Assembly (NCBI GenBank): GCA_964106645.2
Contig: OZ067043.1
Direction: 5' to 3' (one strand)
Length of the DNA stretch: 64,000 nucleotides
Source: Podarcis pityusensis
Taxonomy: Eukaryota
The position numbers and the translations under genes were made by a program. How positions within the stretch are numbered: the first letter of the stretch is position 1; each line of letters starts with the position of its first letter. Below the pieces are notes generated by a model that worked only from the letters and a program-made list of their open reading frames with translations, was not told the DNA's origin and did not search any database. Shown here piece after piece: positions 61,405-64,000 of this stretch.

Positions 61405-61613
61405 NNNNNNNNNNNNNNNNNNNNNNNNNNNNNNNNNNNNNNNNNNNNNNNNNNNNNNNNNNNNNNNNNNNNNNNNNNNNNNNNNNNNNNNNNNNNNNNN
61501 NNNNNNNNNNNNNNNNNNNNNNNNNNNNNNNNNNNNNNNNNNNNNNNNNNNNNNNNNNNNNNNNNNNNNNNNNNNNNNNNNNNNNNNNNNNNNNNNNNNN
61601 NNNNNNNNNNNNN
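61405..61613. other. Assembly gap (209 N)
   Basis: Run of n. Confidence 1.
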
Positions 61614-62781
61614 CAAACACATTTTACTGCTTTTTTGTCCATGTTTAAAAAGCACCGGTGACCTTTTTTTATTTAGCGTGCCCCAGGTGTAATGCTGAGG
61701 CTGATCCTCTTAGGGTTTATAACCTCAACAGAGAGTGCCTTTACCCAACGGAGGGATGATTTAAAGGAGGGCTAGAAATATGAAGCCTCATTGGTACTCG
61801 CACAAGTCTCTTGCTCTGCCTTTCCAGAGTGAAATGGTGGCTTGCCTTGGAAATGGTATAGGGAAAGGAGCTCTTGCAGAGAAAGGTTTGGTCAGGTTGT
61901 TGGTTGCTATTACAGATTAGTGCTTGGGAAGGAGGGGAAGGCTGGACTTCAGGGTGCTGGTCCTCCACAATTAGCACTATTACCAATACATCTGCATCCT
62001 CCATACTAGATTGCAGAGTAGGGTAATATAACCAAAAAGCTCCATTGCTATGTAGAAGATAAAGCCAAGAGAAATCTAGGGTGAAATTCAACATCTTGCT
62101 ATTGCAAACATTCTGTCTCCACAAGTATATCAGCTGGCCAGAGAGAACAATCACCCCTCCCCATATGCTATTCTGGGTTCTTCTTACCCTCCCCCCAGCC
62201 AATTTCACAGTGGGAATAGTGGGAGGAAAGCCCTGTTGCAAAGGCCTTCAACTGATGGGGTTTGTTAGGTAAATCCTGCCCCCCGATATTTGGGCAATCT
62301 TCAGTGGTTCCAAGATGATTGGTGACTTGGAAGCATTTATTCTCCATGACATTTTGGTGCCATTCCACTGGTTTGGTTCAATAGACAATATTATATTCAT
62401 TTAACAGCGTTCTCTGCTTTTTGATTTCAACCATTTTGCTAGGAATGTCAAGTTTCTTTGAGAGGACAGGAAAGTTGACCCAGTGTTGAGAGTGTCCAGG
62501 GGGCATGAGGGGACATAATTTTTCCTTGTACATAGTAACTCCCTAGGGAACAAAGGCTGCTGGTGTATCACAGGGTCCAATCACAAGAGTTCAGGTTGCC
62601 TTTTGTGGTTTTTTGTGGGGTGGGTTGAATTGACTGGCTTATTTCTTTTTTAAAAAAACACCTTCATGATTATAGTGTCAATAGTTGTATAGTGTATGGT
62701 TGTCCTGTACCATTGGGTTAACTGATTTGGAGGGTTGAGGATTTGATGAAATTCTCCAACACTTTTGTTTATTTAGAAACT

Positions 62782-62917
62782 CAGGGATGGGGAACCTGTA
62801 GCCCTCTAGATGTTTTTGGACTCCAGCTCCCAATAGCCCCAGCCAGCATGGCTAATGGTCAAGGATAATAGCTGTTTTAGTCTAGGAAAACCAGGAAGGC
62901 CTCAGGTTCATACTCTG
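62782..62917. mobile_element. Palindromic hAT-like MITE
   Basis: cagggatggggaacctgtagccctctagatgtttttggactccagctccc; same family as 38652. Confidence 0.75.
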
Positions 62918-64000
62918 CCCTCAGTTAGGTAGACTAAGTACAGATTATCTCCTGTTTTGGCCCATTGCATGAAGAAAGAGGTTTTCTGAGGAGAGCATGA
63001 GCTGGGACCTAATTTTTCAAAGTAGATGTGCATCCATACCTTCTCCTTCAGGATTTTCTTTTCAAACAAAAATACAGGAAAACAGACTCCAAGCAGGAAT
63101 AAGGGAACCCAGAGTCCATTGGCCACATTAGAATGGGCCCAGTTAACATTTCGATCAGAATCCACAGGTTGAAGAACACTGCTCATTAGTCAAGAGGTTA
63201 TGTGACCTCAAATTGTTATTCTTTCGATTCAGAAAAGTGCAAATTGTAAGCACTAAAACAATGGACATTTTGTATTTTCTGGTGGCAGACAATGTGCCAC
63301 AAAGAAAGACTTAATCTTCCTCTCCCTCAATCTATCATTCATCCACCCATCCATCCCTTCTTCTTGTTTCCTCTTCACCCTCAAATCCATTTTTTACCTG
63401 CTATCAAAAAGATGGTTGTGGTGTCATTGGGGTGACCCACCTTTGATCAAATCTGAGTCCAGCTTTGAGCACAATCTACCAGCCAACAACCAAACACTAA
63501 TGCTGGTAGGAAGGAGGAAGATGGGCATTTAAAGCTGACAAGATTTCTAATTCTAAACCTTCTGCTCCCATTCCTCCCCCTCCATCCCATCTATGTGCCT
63601 GATAATTCTCCTGACGCAGCCTAAATGGAGAAGCAGTTGCCATTCCACCTTGGTGAAATGAAAAACACAAATGAAGTGCAGTTTGGTGCTAGAGCAGGGG
63701 CTTGACTCACTGATACAATGTTTAACATGCTGTCGAGGTATTTAGAATAGAACCGCTTGCTACAATTTTAAGAAGACAGTTTATTCATCTAAACGGCAAG
63801 CGTATGTAGAAGAGGGTCTGAGATTGACGTCTTTGGGATTAGTTTAGCCCTGCATTTTTTCTGGAGGTCGTTGTCATGGTGCTCAGGAGGTTTGTCGAAT
63901 AAATGGGGCCAGCGTTCTTCTTGGGACCACATGCTAAAAACTAATACATAACGTTTAATTTACTGTCTCCGTAGCTAGCCCAGCCATTTTTCAGATAATA

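Noticed and set aside
61059-62241. Long ORFs near the gap (198 aa, 166 aa)
   Set aside because: The first is an artefact of N translation; the second has no recognisable protein features.
175-63186. The ORF track as protein-coding genes
   Set aside because: Short, overlapping on both strands, often with alternative start codons and no recognisable products. The only meaningful ones are LINE remnants. The real exons are not in the track.
1-64000. CRISPR array, operon, prophage, intact transposase/RT or endogenous viral ORF
   Set aside because: No repeat-spacer periodicity and no long intact reading frames; the sequence is vertebrate intron.

Overview
Vertebrate genomic DNA, almost certainly from a lacertid lizard (Sauria SINE and Squam3-type SINE copies of the lacertid kind). 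The window lies inside the RNF220 gene on the + strand. Only two small coding exons are present: 32482-32611 (130 nt, GKKKATLFDSQAPICPICQVLLRPGELQEHMEQEMEKLTQLNI) and 53996-54041 (46 nt, SKNSILKDVMTPGTPK). They splice in frame across a ~21.4 kb intron and the ORF track misses both. The rest is intronic: SINEs, L1/L2/CR1 fragments, hAT/Harbinger/Tc1-mariner MITEs (several nested, with visible target-site duplications), two probable solo LTRs, microsatellites and one 209-N gap. Between the repeats lie about a dozen repeat-free, homeobox-motif-rich blocks, many retaining CpG, that look like developmental enhancers; their conservation is inferred, not tested. The most notable observations are a TA-CCG-TA transposon excision footprint visible by comparing two MITE copies (the heptamer recurs elsewhere in the window), a UBZ4-like zinc-finger spacing in the RNF220 exon, and PBX-HOX/MEIS motif grammar in several blocks. 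I found no prokaryote-type system and no intact transposase or reverse transcriptase. Family and gene names come from recognition, not from database searches.
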